A DNA stretch of 63,154 nt, filler included, from Chiloscyllium plagiosum (Eukaryota), in assembly GCF_004010195.1 (NCBI RefSeq). It is 3 parts of one record of this genome, joined end to end, with 100 filler letters (N's around TTAATTAATTAA, not from the genome) between each part and the next. Parts side by side here need not be neighbours in the genome. Positions count along the whole stretch, not along the records: positions 40,316 to 63,154 come from NC_057711.1; 2 more parts are not named here. One strand, written 5' to 3'. Position numbers and translations under genes: made by a program. Positions within the stretch are counted from its first letter, which is position 1; each line of letters begins with the position of its first letter. Below are positions 63,036-63,154 of the stretch, piece after piece. The notes under the pieces are model-generated. The model had not been told where the DNA came from. It saw only the letters and a program-made list of their open reading frames with translations, and made no database searches.

Positions 63036-63154
63036 GGAGAAAGTGAGGACTGCAGATGCTGGAGATCAGAGCTGAAAATGTGTTGCTGGAAAAGCGCAGC
63101 AGGTCAGACAGCATCCAGGGAACAGGAGAATCGACGTTTCGGGCATAAGCCCTT
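63036..63154 (-). mobile_element. Penelope pLTR (runs off window)
   Basis: Reverse complement of ~7402-7520. Confidence 0.85.

Overview
Eukaryotic, repeat-saturated genomic DNA. It is almost certainly from a cartilaginous fish (shark), inferred from repeated HE1-type SINEs sharing 3' tails with CR1 LINEs. Only one host-gene exon is recognisable: a spliced minus-strand exon (49665-49834) from the 2Fe-2S domain of a xanthine dehydrogenase/aldehyde oxidase family enzyme. Its sequence and intron positions look invertebrate-type rather than like vertebrate XDH/AOX. The rest is nested transposon history. A TSD-bounded Gypsy element (11796-25241, -) hosts a Gmr1-like (integrase-before-RT) LTR element. 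A young, pol-deleted, env-bearing class I endogenous retrovirus lies at 54506-59957 (-). Also present are many Penelope-like insertions carrying hammerhead-ribozyme motifs and fold-backs, CR1 and Rex1/Babar LINE fragments, MITEs and a Harbinger transposase relic. An unexplained ~6 kb tandem array of non-coding A-tailed units is built at the TATA region of a solo LTR (2517-8625). All calls are by eye and boundaries marked '~' are approximate. No database searches were run.
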